The notes under the pieces: generated by a model
What the model was told of the DNA's origin: nothing
What the model saw: only the letters and a program-made list of their open reading frames with translations
Databases searched by the model: none
In this document: piece after piece, positions 8,791-16,809 of the stretch
Layout: every line of letters begins with the position of its first letter
Position numbering within the stretch: position 1 is the first letter of the stretch
Sequence record: MZ501267.1
DNA: 40,000 nt
Origin: Erwinia phage AH04
Strand: one strand, 5' to 3'
Program-made: the position numbers and the translations under genes

Positions 8791-9888
8791 TTATGGTTTT
8801 ATATCTTTTACTACCGTCCAAATATCGATGAAGTGTTTCTTCCACATCGGCATAGGGATTTGGTTGATTTGACTTTGTAGCTGAACTTTACTGTAATAGG
8901 TATTCAGTTGAGCTTTGATCTGCCCGTCCACAGCCCCTACAATGTTATTGTAGCGGATATACTTCTCCACCATACCCAAAGATGCCAATGACCAGACCCA
9001 ACTCATCTGGACGAAGTACAGGCTCTTATAGGCTTCAGGGAAAATCATCTTGGCAAGATCAACACTTGGATTGACTTTCATGTTAACTTGCGTGAATTCG
9101 GTAAACGACTGCATGGGGTTAATTAACATCCACCGGTTTTTATAATCGGTATAGTTAACCAGCTGAGTATAATAGTTTTCCAGATTGAATCCCCCTTTAG
9201 AGATATCAATCGCTTCAGCATTACCATTAAGGTAATTGAAGTTAACCAACTCATTATGATAAACGTAGCAGTTCATCAACGGGAAGTTAGCCAGATAACC
9301 GTGTGCTGAGTTACCCCATTCTACACCGCGTTGTAACCAACGATACAGTCCGATAATTAATGCGTACACATCGACATTAACAATAGAGTAAATCGCGTCA
9401 TCAGCTTTATAGGTGCGGGTATCGATCAAATCCATGATGTCCCAGCGTTGTACTGTGTCCGTGGTATAGATCGGATACAGAGGTACCAGTTCATCTAAAG
9501 GAATACTGAAGTATGCATTAATTTGTGAAGCACTGGGATTACCGAAAGGAACAACCAACAACGTGTTGTGATTTATCTCTGGGTAGACTGCCCCGATATG
9601 ATTCTCTCCTTTACTGTATAAAGAAGTTAAATCCGTTAAGCTTGCAATCTGCTGAGAGCGAGTATTGATTTGTTCTACTAACTCTGCTTTGGTCCAGCTG
9701 GTATCAACAGAGAAGGATTGCAGAAACTGCACTAACGGATTTTGATTACGAACAGTGCGATTACCTAGATTGATAAAGTTAAAGAAGTGATCCTCATTTC
9801 TCGACATTATACGTTCTAGGTTTATTAGTCCGGGGTACGATTTGATTCCGTAGTTCAACCCATTCGGTTGAAGCTTTAAATAGGACAT
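8791..9888 (-). CDS. Hypothetical protein, possibly conserved in jumbo phages
   Basis: 365-aa minus-strand ORF, divergent from the ChmA candidate. Confidence 0.8.
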   Translation of the reverse strand: MSYLKLQPNGLNYGIKSYPGLINLERIMSRNEDHFFNFINLGNRTVRNQNPLVQFLQSFSVDTSWTKAELVEQINTRSQQIASLTDLTSLYSKGENHIGAVYPEINHNTLLVVPFGNPSASQINAYFSIPLDELVPLYPIYTTDTVQRWDIMDLIDTRTYKADDAIYSIVNVDVYALIIGLYRWLQRGVEWGNSAHGYLANFPLMNCYVYHNELVNFNYLNGNAEAIDISKGGFNLENYYTQLVNYTDYKNRWMLINPMQSFTEFTQVNMKVNPSVDLAKMIFPEAYKSLYFVQMSWVWSLASLGMVEKYIRYNNIVGAVDGQIKAQLNTYYSKVQLQSQINQIPMPMWKKHFIDIWTVVKDIKP

Positions 9889-9952
9889 TCGATAAACCTC
9901 ATAAGAGACTCCGTAATTAAATATTACACTTCTCTATACTATGTAAACTAAT

Positions 9953-9973
9953 TCTTAAGGCTCGTCCTTAAGA
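9953..9973. repeat. Inverted repeat TCTTAAGG-ctcgt-CCTTAAGA in the divergent intergenic region
   Basis: Perfect 8-bp stem. Confidence 0.5.
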
Positions 9974-10055
9974 GTACACGGGAGTCGTACGTTTATTTTT
10001 AAGTATACATACGATTTACTGTGTAAAAAAGATACTCCTATAATTTTTGAAGTCT

Positions 10056-10071
10056 ATATTATTATAGTGCA
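10056..10071 (+). promoter_or_regulatory. Putative chmA promoter ATATTAT-tatag-TGCA
   Basis: One-mismatch copy of the recurrent ATATTAT-N5-TGTA motif, about 98 nt upstream of the ORF. Confidence 0.5.
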
Positions 10072-10079
10072 TAGAAGAC

Positions 10080-10097
10080 AAGATGTCATTTCATCTT
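10080..10097 (+). promoter_or_regulatory. Leader stem-loop AAGATG-tcattt-CATCTT
   Basis: Perfect 6-bp stem immediately downstream of the putative promoter. Confidence 0.4.
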
Positions 10098-10168
10098 TTC
10101 TCCCACCATGTAAATTAACGTTAATCTATATATCTCATATCACGAATTGAATAAAAGGAATATGTAAC

Positions 10169-12082
10169 ATGGCTCTCGACTCTCATAACTCTTCTGACAA
10201 CGCGTCTAACAACAACAACTCAGGGAAATCTCCTATGTCAAGCACCAACCCACTGCTGGCTCTTCTGGGACAGCAGAACCTGATCTCTTCCACCAACAAC
10301 ATCGCTGAAGTCAACGAAGTTGCTAAAAGCCTGGAAGAAGTGATCGAAGCGCTGAACAAAAACACCGCCAGCGATATCCAGAAACTGACTCTGCCAAAAG
10401 AAGTGCGCAACATCACTTCCGATATCTCTCCGAATCTGCCGGGCATCACCCTGCACACTATCATCGGCGCTGCGGTTTACGTTCAGCCAGTTCTGTTCTA
10501 CAAAGCCGGCATCACCGAAGTGACCGAATCTATCCACCTGGCCAACGAACCTGCTGCGCGTGCAATCGCCAAGCCTGCTTCTGGCTTCATGGATGCAACC
10601 CTGCTGGAAAAGATCAAAACTCAGTATGCGTTCGTTGATGGCAAACAAGCCAGCAAAGTGATCATCCTGGCACCGATCGTTCGTAACCTGGAACCGTACA
10701 TCAAAAACCAGATCTCAAGCGACGACATGATCCTGCAGGTGCGTAACAGCATTCTGAAAGAATGGTCAACCTCTCTGTGGAACATCGCATCTCTGGAAGC
10801 GACCAAAGAAGGCGTTGAATTCCCGAACCCGTTCAAAGACGGTAAACTGTTCGGTAAGGATGATACTGCAGTTGCTCGTATCGAACCAGTTAACAAACTG
10901 ATCATCGACGGCGTACCAACTCCGTATAACCTGGCTGCGAAAATCTCTACCAGCAACAAAAACAACACCACCTCGCCAAACAGCTCTCAGAGCAAATCTG
11001 TTGCAACTGCGCACATGACCGTTTCTCTGGAAGCGATGTCTCAGAGCCAGTTCATGCAGGCACGTGCTCGTCAGCCTGGCCAGGTTGTTGGTCCACTGGT
11101 TCCAGTTGTTTCTACCGGTCTGACCGTTCCAGGCGAAACCCTGAACAACAACAGCTCTCTGCTGACTGCACTGCTGGGTCTGTATGCATCTATCGGTGCA
11201 AACAACATCAGCTACCTGTCAGAAGCATTCCGTGGTAAGGAAGTGGGTCACCGTGGTAACATCGGTAACTTCAACCACTACCTGTCTCAGATTCTGCAGG
11301 GTTCTTTCGGAACTCAACAGTATATCACTGAGAAAAACATCACCAATGCACAGGTTGTTAATCAGTGGCTGGGTACCTACATCGCTCCGCAGGCTGTGTA
11401 CGTTCTGGATCTGTCTACCTTCACTAACGATGTCGCGAACACCGACTTCTGGTGGAACCTGATCGGTAAGGGAGCTGGCTCTACTTATCATCGTACCCTG
11501 GTTACTCTGCTGGACGCACTGTCTAACGGCGAGTTCAGTAAACTGGCTGCTGCTAACGCTGCTAAAGGTAACAACCGTAATCCGCGTACCGAATGGGTTG
11601 CAGGTGACGCGATTCTGAAAACCACCAACATCATCATGCCTAACGGTATTGCTCAAGGCAAAGATGGCAAGTGGTTTGATCTGGCTGAAGTTGACGGCAT
11701 GTTCCTGCGTCAGGATTCTTACTACGGTCAGAACGAAGCAGCGATCAACGAATACCAGGGTCTGATCAACGGTTCTATGGGTGGCGATAACATCAAGATC
11801 CGTCAGTACAACATCTATAACCGTCTGAACCAGCTGTTTGGTGCAAACGTTGTTCTGGATGGCTGGAACCGTCGCTTCATCTGGGAGAACAGCTTCTTCG
11901 CAACGTTCGCTCAGGCTATGGCTACTGCTGGTACTCTGTCTCTGTCTGGTTCTAACACTGCAACCATGTGGAGCATGAACACCGGTAATGATTACCTGAA
12001 CTACGCTATTACTGCTCAGCTGTCTCAGTCTGTACAGGCTGCAGGTTTCGGCAACTTTAATGGTACGTTCTCTCAGTACTAA
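10169..12082 (+). CDS. chmA: Probable chimallin (phage nucleus shell protein)
   Basis: 637 aa, directly upstream of the nvRNAP beta' N fragment as phiKZ gp54 precedes gp55; own leader and strong terminator; strongly biased codon use; phuZ in the same window. Confidence 0.82.
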   Translation: MALDSHNSSDNASNNNNSGKSPMSSTNPLLALLGQQNLISSTNNIAEVNEVAKSLEEVIEALNKNTASDIQKLTLPKEVRNITSDISPNLPGITLHTIIGAAVYVQPVLFYKAGITEVTESIHLANEPAARAIAKPASGFMDATLLEKIKTQYAFVDGKQASKVIILAPIVRNLEPYIKNQISSDDMILQVRNSILKEWSTSLWNIASLEATKEGVEFPNPFKDGKLFGKDDTAVARIEPVNKLIIDGVPTPYNLAAKISTSNKNNTTSPNSSQSKSVATAHMTVSLEAMSQSQFMQARARQPGQVVGPLVPVVSTGLTVPGETLNNNSSLLTALLGLYASIGANNISYLSEAFRGKEVGHRGNIGNFNHYLSQILQGSFGTQQYITEKNITNAQVVNQWLGTYIAPQAVYVLDLSTFTNDVANTDFWWNLIGKGAGSTYHRTLVTLLDALSNGEFSKLAAANAAKGNNRNPRTEWVAGDAILKTTNIIMPNGIAQGKDGKWFDLAEVDGMFLRQDSYYGQNEAAINEYQGLINGSMGGDNIKIRQYNIYNRLNQLFGANVVLDGWNRRFIWENSFFATFAQAMATAGTLSLSGSNTATMWSMNTGNDYLNYAITAQLSQSVQAAGFGNFNGTFSQY

Positions 12083-12118
12083 TTAGTGCTGTTTGTAGTT
12101 TAGGTAGTTAACTGAAAT

Positions 12119-12153
12119 AACAAGGATAGCGGGCACGTTCCGCTATCCTTGTT
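12119..12153 (+). terminator. Hairpin AACAAGGATAGCGG-n7-CCGCTATCCTTGTT
   Basis: Perfect 14-bp stem ending in TTTT, 37 nt after the chmA stop. Confidence 0.92.
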
Positions 12154-12175
12154 TTACTAACGGGGTTTATTTTTT

Positions 12176-13768
12176 ATGTCGAAAACGGTGGCGGACATTC
12201 TAAATAAGTACGCGGATGATAAGATGATTCCGAGTATGTTATTTAAAAGTATTATTGAGGCAGGTGGTACTGAACCACGGCAAGATGATCCTCAGTTCTA
12301 CACACCCCTGTACCCAGATTTCGAAGATTTCAATGTCAAGCACGATTTGTCGATCACTCCTCCAGTTTATCTGAATGATTTTGACTTCAATATCGAAGAG
12401 CATCGTGAAGCCATTGTCGAACTCCTTCGTACCGAATACGAAGGTAACAGTTTCGATACTGTAGCCAGTTGTAACTGCCGTAAACACCGCAGTAACATTT
12501 ATATTGGTTCTGGGTTCACCTGTGATGAATGTGGTAGCGAAGTCGTAAAACCACTGTCGCAGCGCATTGAAACCAAGGTCTGGTTAAGAACTCCTGCATA
12601 TGTCTCTGGGTTTATTAATCCAGCAATGTGGGCTATCTTCTTCTGTAAGTTGAATACCAAATCACCAAAGGTCAATCTGGTTGAATATTGGATCAACCCA
12701 ACCATCCGTGAAGACAAACGCTTCCGGGATCCCAACAACAATGCATTTAAAATAGCGGCTAAGATCGAGAGCTTCCGTGCAACGCTGAATATCGATTTTG
12801 GATATAACAGCTTCATCGATAATCTGGACTTGATCGTATTATCTGCAATCGAACAAGATGTCAGCAAAGTCCTCGACCTGACAGAAAAAGATCGTGAAGA
12901 CTTCGCCGCATTCTGGCACAAGTTTAAGACAAAAGCCGTCTTTAACTATTTGCCACTCCCAAACAAGATCACCACTGTGGTAGAGTCCGACCAACGTGAC
13001 CGTTATGTGAATAAGGAACAAACGGATCTGGATAAGATCTATTTCACGTTAGCCGATACTTATACTGTGGATGATGTCCGTGCTACTGAAAACGAAGACC
13101 TCATGGGTAAAAACATGAAGCCTTTAGTTGATGCACTGATGGAAGTTCAAAAGAACATTCTGTTTGGTAAGAAAGGTATGATTCGTTATCATGCCGGTGC
13201 AGGTAAACTTCCGTTAACTGGTCGTTCTATTATTACCGGTGAATCGGGCGTGTGTCGTTCAGATACGATCGTCCTGCCTTGGCTGTATGGATTAACTTGT
13301 TTGGACAAACATTTAACCAACTGGTTGTACCGTAAAGGGTATACACCATTAAAGGTTAAAGACATCATCAAAACAGCGAACAGCTTCCGCCATCCGCTGA
13401 TTGAAGAATTCTATACCTGGATTGAAACCAACCGTTTTGCAATGGCAACCGCTGGTCGAAATCCGTCAATCCAATATCTGTCTGCACGTGCTTTCTTCGT
13501 TGAGTTCTCTCGAGACCTTGATGATAAATCCATCCGTATTCCAATCACCACTGTTAAGGAATATGGTGCAGACTTTGATGGCGATGCTATGTATGTAATC
13601 TTTGTACCGGATATGGCGTCTAAGATCGAAGCTTATAGTAGCTGGGGTCACCATCAGATGTTGGATCCGAACCGTCTCTTTAAAGTAAGTCGTTTTGGTA
13701 CCCACACAAAAACTAACCTGTTGAACATCAACTCGTTAATGCTGAGTGAGCCAATCGAAGAGGAATAA
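12176..13768 (+). CDS. Non-virion RNA polymerase beta' N-terminal fragment (phiKZ gp55-like)
   Basis: EYGADFDGDAMYVIFVP (catalytic DFDGD); putative Zn element CNCRKH...CDECG; AGRNPSIQYLS region. Confidence 0.9.
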   Translation: MSKTVADILNKYADDKMIPSMLFKSIIEAGGTEPRQDDPQFYTPLYPDFEDFNVKHDLSITPPVYLNDFDFNIEEHREAIVELLRTEYEGNSFDTVASCNCRKHRSNIYIGSGFTCDECGSEVVKPLSQRIETKVWLRTPAYVSGFINPAMWAIFFCKLNTKSPKVNLVEYWINPTIREDKRFRDPNNNAFKIAAKIESFRATLNIDFGYNSFIDNLDLIVLSAIEQDVSKVLDLTEKDREDFAAFWHKFKTKAVFNYLPLPNKITTVVESDQRDRYVNKEQTDLDKIYFTLADTYTVDDVRATENEDLMGKNMKPLVDALMEVQKNILFGKKGMIRYHAGAGKLPLTGRSIITGESGVCRSDTIVLPWLYGLTCLDKHLTNWLYRKGYTPLKVKDIIKTANSFRHPLIEEFYTWIETNRFAMATAGRNPSIQYLSARAFFVEFSRDLDDKSIRIPITTVKEYGADFDGDAMYVIFVPDMASKIEAYSSWGHHQMLDPNRLFKVSRFGTHTKTNLLNINSLMLSEPIEEE

Positions 13769-13770
13769 TT

Positions 13771-14424
13771 TTGAACGTAACTGCTGCCTTTATGAGAGCA
13801 TCCGGTGGGTCAATGACTGATGGGAGCGCCGCTGTATTTGATAGTTATATGGCCTCGATGTACCAGAAGTATGACAACCTTACCGGGTGGCTTGGAGATA
13901 CTCTCAACTCCGTAAAAGAAGCCCACAGTAGCTTTATGAATAGCCGCATGTGGGAATTCAGTAATCGTGTTAACGGAAAAGACGGTCAGTATGTAGGACG
14001 ATTCGAAATTGGCTATCTCTCTGAAATCAAGTATCAGCAACAAGCTACTGGATTCATGAGAGATTATATCATGGCCAACCCATTGGTTATGGACCTCTAT
14101 CAACAACAACGCGTCTCTGGTTTCGATGGAGATTTCCATGCTGCGTGTTCTGGTATCGGTCGGGATAACTATTTCTATAATCGTTCTATCGATGGCAAAG
14201 TCATGTTTGATAAAGAGGAACAAACTCTGAATCGAACAGCGTTCACCAGTTCACGAGATGACTTAACCCATCTTGGATTCTCTGAACGTGTTGATATCCA
14301 TCGAACCTGGCAAGCTACTAACCTCCACTTGTTACAGAATCTCTTTGACCCAACCTCGGTGTTGAACGATAAGATTCTTTCAGTCGAAGAAGTGGAAGAA
14401 CGTCTTAAAAGTAACGATGAATAA
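13771..14424 (+). CDS. Hypothetical protein (TTG 13771 or ATG 13792 start)
   Basis: 217-aa ORF; GAGGA upstream of the TTG. Confidence 0.65.
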   Translation: MNVTAAFMRASGGSMTDGSAAVFDSYMASMYQKYDNLTGWLGDTLNSVKEAHSSFMNSRMWEFSNRVNGKDGQYVGRFEIGYLSEIKYQQQATGFMRDYIMANPLVMDLYQQQRVSGFDGDFHAACSGIGRDNYFYNRSIDGKVMFDKEEQTLNRTAFTSSRDDLTHLGFSERVDIHRTWQATNLHLLQNLFDPTSVLNDKILSVEEVEERLKSNDE

Positions 14425-14434
14425 TAAATGAAGC

Positions 14435-14458
14435 GTAACCAGGGATATCCCTGGTTAC
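14435..14458 (+). terminator. Hairpin GTAACCAGGG-atat-CCCTGGTTAC followed by a T-rich tract
   Basis: Perfect 10-bp stem. Confidence 0.88.
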
Positions 14459-14491
14459 CTTTTCTTCTTTATTTTTTTTTGGAGAAAGAAG

Positions 14492-15217
14492 ATGGGAACG
14501 GTACACCAAGATGAAAATAGTCGTATCCGAACTGTCTCGTCTCAACCTGACCAATATAAAGTTTATGGTAAAGATGATGAACGGGTCGCTAAGCTAGAAT
14601 TCAGTACCAATGGTTTGACTGAGGAACATCTTCTTCTGATTCTTAAAGACCGCTTTAAGTCCGAAAAAGACCCGATAGGAAATCATATAAGAGATTGTTT
14701 GGACTCTGCACTGTTTGCAGTTAGTGCAGGTAAAATTAAAAGGGTTCCCAAGCTTATGTCAAACCACGGTTATGCTGAATTGCATGTTGATTTATCCAGC
14801 GGTACGAAACTGTATAAAGACATCATACCGGCTGTAGGTGAAGATGCGGATCTTATTCCTGTGAATAAGTTACACGCCACCATTATGTATGATGAACGAA
14901 ATCCTGATATTATCCCATCTGTATCTAATAAGGTCTATAAAGGCAAGGTAGTAGGTGTGGAGATGTTAGGTAAGGTAGGTTCAAAATGGCGGTCTTGTGC
15001 CCTCATTCTTGAATCTGAAGGTGTGCTTGAGCGACACAAAGAACTCGTCAAGGAAGGCTTTAAGCATTCTTATGATGATCTGCTGCTCCACGTTTCCCTG
15101 GTATACGGTACTGATTCAGAGGTTGCTTATCCTGTTATCAAGCAACTCTTTGATGAAAAGAAACTACCAGAGTCAATTACCCTTTGCGCTGAAACTTGGG
15201 ATCAGATAAAAGACTGA
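14492..15217 (+). CDS. 2H phosphoesterase-like protein (candidate cyclic/2',5'-nucleotide phosphodiesterase)
   Basis: Two H-x-[TS]-hydrophobic motifs, KLHATIMYD (H128) and LLLHVSLVYG (H200), in a 241-aa protein. Confidence 0.6.
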   Translation: MGTVHQDENSRIRTVSSQPDQYKVYGKDDERVAKLEFSTNGLTEEHLLLILKDRFKSEKDPIGNHIRDCLDSALFAVSAGKIKRVPKLMSNHGYAELHVDLSSGTKLYKDIIPAVGEDADLIPVNKLHATIMYDERNPDIIPSVSNKVYKGKVVGVEMLGKVGSKWRSCALILESEGVLERHKELVKEGFKHSYDDLLLHVSLVYGTDSEVAYPVIKQLFDEKKLPESITLCAETWDQIKD

Positions 15218-15307
15218 CCAATTTAAGTTGCATTCGGTTTCAGACCTATATTACCTAAGTGATAAACCTAAACAGTTTAAACTCATTTAATATAGAGAGA
15301 GGCGATT

Positions 15308-15472
15308 ATGTTTGATTTCTTTAGCTCAACTACTCCAGATGGCGTTGCATTAGTAGGTTCTTTTATCGGCGGCATCGGTGCAATGGTATTTGGTTATGCG
15401 GGTATTCGTGGAATTGTGAGTGCAGTAAAGGTACTCTTAACTCCTACACAGCAAATGGCTAAGCGTAACTAA
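15308..15472 (+). CDS. 54-aa single-pass membrane microprotein MFDFFSSTTPDGVALVGSFIGGIGAMVFGYAGIRGIVSAVKVLLTPTQQMAKRN
   Basis: ATG 15308 preceded by GAGAGAGG; Gly-rich hydrophobic core and basic C-terminus; flanked by terminators; absent from the ORF track. Confidence 0.75.
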   Translation: MFDFFSSTTPDGVALVGSFIGGIGAMVFGYAGIRGIVSAVKVLLTPTQQMAKRN

Positions 15473-15484
15473 TAAAGAAGTAAG

Positions 15485-15512
15485 CAGGATCTCCCTTAAT
15501 TGGGAGATCCTG
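15485..15512 (+). terminator. Hairpin CAGGATCTCCC-ttaatt-GGGAGATCCTG
   Basis: Perfect 11-bp stem. Confidence 0.85.
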
Positions 15513-15578
15513 AATCTTTATGCATTTATTTTTTTTGTGTTTTTATCTTTTGATTGCCTTATTAATTGGAGAAAAGAA

Positions 15579-15998
15579 ATGCCTAAAGGTGTTGTTGCCT
15601 CAATGGACACCGTGGGGTTCATACAAGAACCTGCTGTTAAAATTGACCGTGCTATCGCATACTGGTTTGCTAACCGTATCGACCAGTGTATCGTATTGCG
15701 TGATGTCCATTCTTACCAGTACGTTGTCGCTAACCACCAAGATGATAAAAAAGGTGAAGCATTATTCCTCGCTGACATAAAACAAAACCTCAACGAGTAT
15801 ATGTTGCAAATTTTTGATTCAGCATCGATTGACGCATGGGCTAACCGTGCCAATGAGGGAGACAAAATGTTTACCCTGGTTCTTTCTGGTGTGGTGGGTC
15901 AAGACGGTAAAACTTATGATATTGCTCGCTCTGTCTATGTTGAAGGCGGGTCCTATAAACTTATTGATACAGCTCGAGAACTTAATAATGGCCAATGA
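15579..15998 (+). CDS. Hypothetical protein (start revised from 15537)
   Basis: GGAGAA upstream of ATG 15579 (MPKGVVASMDT...). Confidence 0.75.
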   Translation: MPKGVVASMDTVGFIQEPAVKIDRAIAYWFANRIDQCIVLRDVHSYQYVVANHQDDKKGEALFLADIKQNLNEYMLQIFDSASIDAWANRANEGDKMFTLVLSGVVGQDGKTYDIARSVYVEGGSYKLIDTARELNNGQ

Positions 15999-16782
15999 AA
16001 ACGATTTCAATAAAGTAGACAAACAGAAACACGGTAAGTTGATGGAGTTTTTAAATTCTGTCCGTTCTCTGGATGTTGCGGGTAAAAAGATTATCCAGTT
16101 ACCAGACGGTGAGTTTGCCGAATACATTCTTATGGAAGAAGAGTATTTTGTCGATAACTGGCTGACCCAATTCGCTATTGGCTTTATTGATAAAACCAAC
16201 TACTTTAATCAGGATGGCTGGTATCGCTTGACTGACGGATTCACCAAAGGGGTGATTGTTATCAATGCCGAGAAAGACCCGGTAGTGATCATCCGTAAGT
16301 TTATCGATATGGACATGAGCGTCAATAACCAGAGTTATCTGGAATACTACGTTCGTACCATCGGCGCCAATGCCAAGTTCAACCCGAACAAAGCCGAAGT
16401 GGATGATGCGCTTAATGAGCTGACCAACATTGTTGAGAAGCTGACTGAACAAAACCCGGATTACGATACCCTGACCATGATGGTGCCGTGGGATTACTAT
16501 CTGAGCAAGGGTGTGAATCCCCGTGTACTGAAACAAGTCATTTACATCCGTGACAAGTTTACCTATCAAGATCAACCGATCGCAGGTAACGATGAACTTC
16601 TGAAACAGATCGAGGATATTCTCTATCGTAATGATGCTAAGAAGGTTATCTCATTCAGTGAGAAAAAGCTCATTAACGAAATCACCGGAAATACATTTAT
16701 TTTCCACGACGGTGGTAATATAGTAGAAACCAATTCTCATTCTTCTGACGAACAGAAAGAATTCAACCCGTTATCTGATTAA
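15988..16782 (+). CDS. Hypothetical protein (start revised from 15814)
   Basis: MANENDFNK start at ATG 15988, 11-nt overlap with the previous gene. Confidence 0.8.
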   Translation: MANENDFNKVDKQKHGKLMEFLNSVRSLDVAGKKIIQLPDGEFAEYILMEEEYFVDNWLTQFAIGFIDKTNYFNQDGWYRLTDGFTKGVIVINAEKDPVVIIRKFIDMDMSVNNQSYLEYYVRTIGANAKFNPNKAEVDDALNELTNIVEKLTEQNPDYDTLTMMVPWDYYLSKGVNPRVLKQVIYIRDKFTYQDQPIAGNDELLKQIEDILYRNDAKKVISFSEKKLINEITGNTFIFHDGGNIVETNSHSSDEQKEFNPLSD

Positions 16783-16809
16783 TATCTGTATCGGGTGTAA
16801 AGGACAAAT

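Noticed and set aside
10183-11656. Antisense ORFs inside the chmA candidate (10183-10464, 10238-10648, 10621-10971, 10766-11014, 11219-11656) and a plus-strand alternative-frame ORF at 11184-11462
   Set aside because: They mirror the strong codon bias of the sense gene; no RBS, no plausible protein composition, and fully embedded.
15520-15780. 86-aa hydrophobic ORF MHLFFLCFYLLIALLIGEKK...
   Set aside because: Overlaps 15579-15998 in another frame; its hydrophobic N-terminus comes from a T-rich post-terminator tract, and the SD GGAGAA fits ATG 15579 better.
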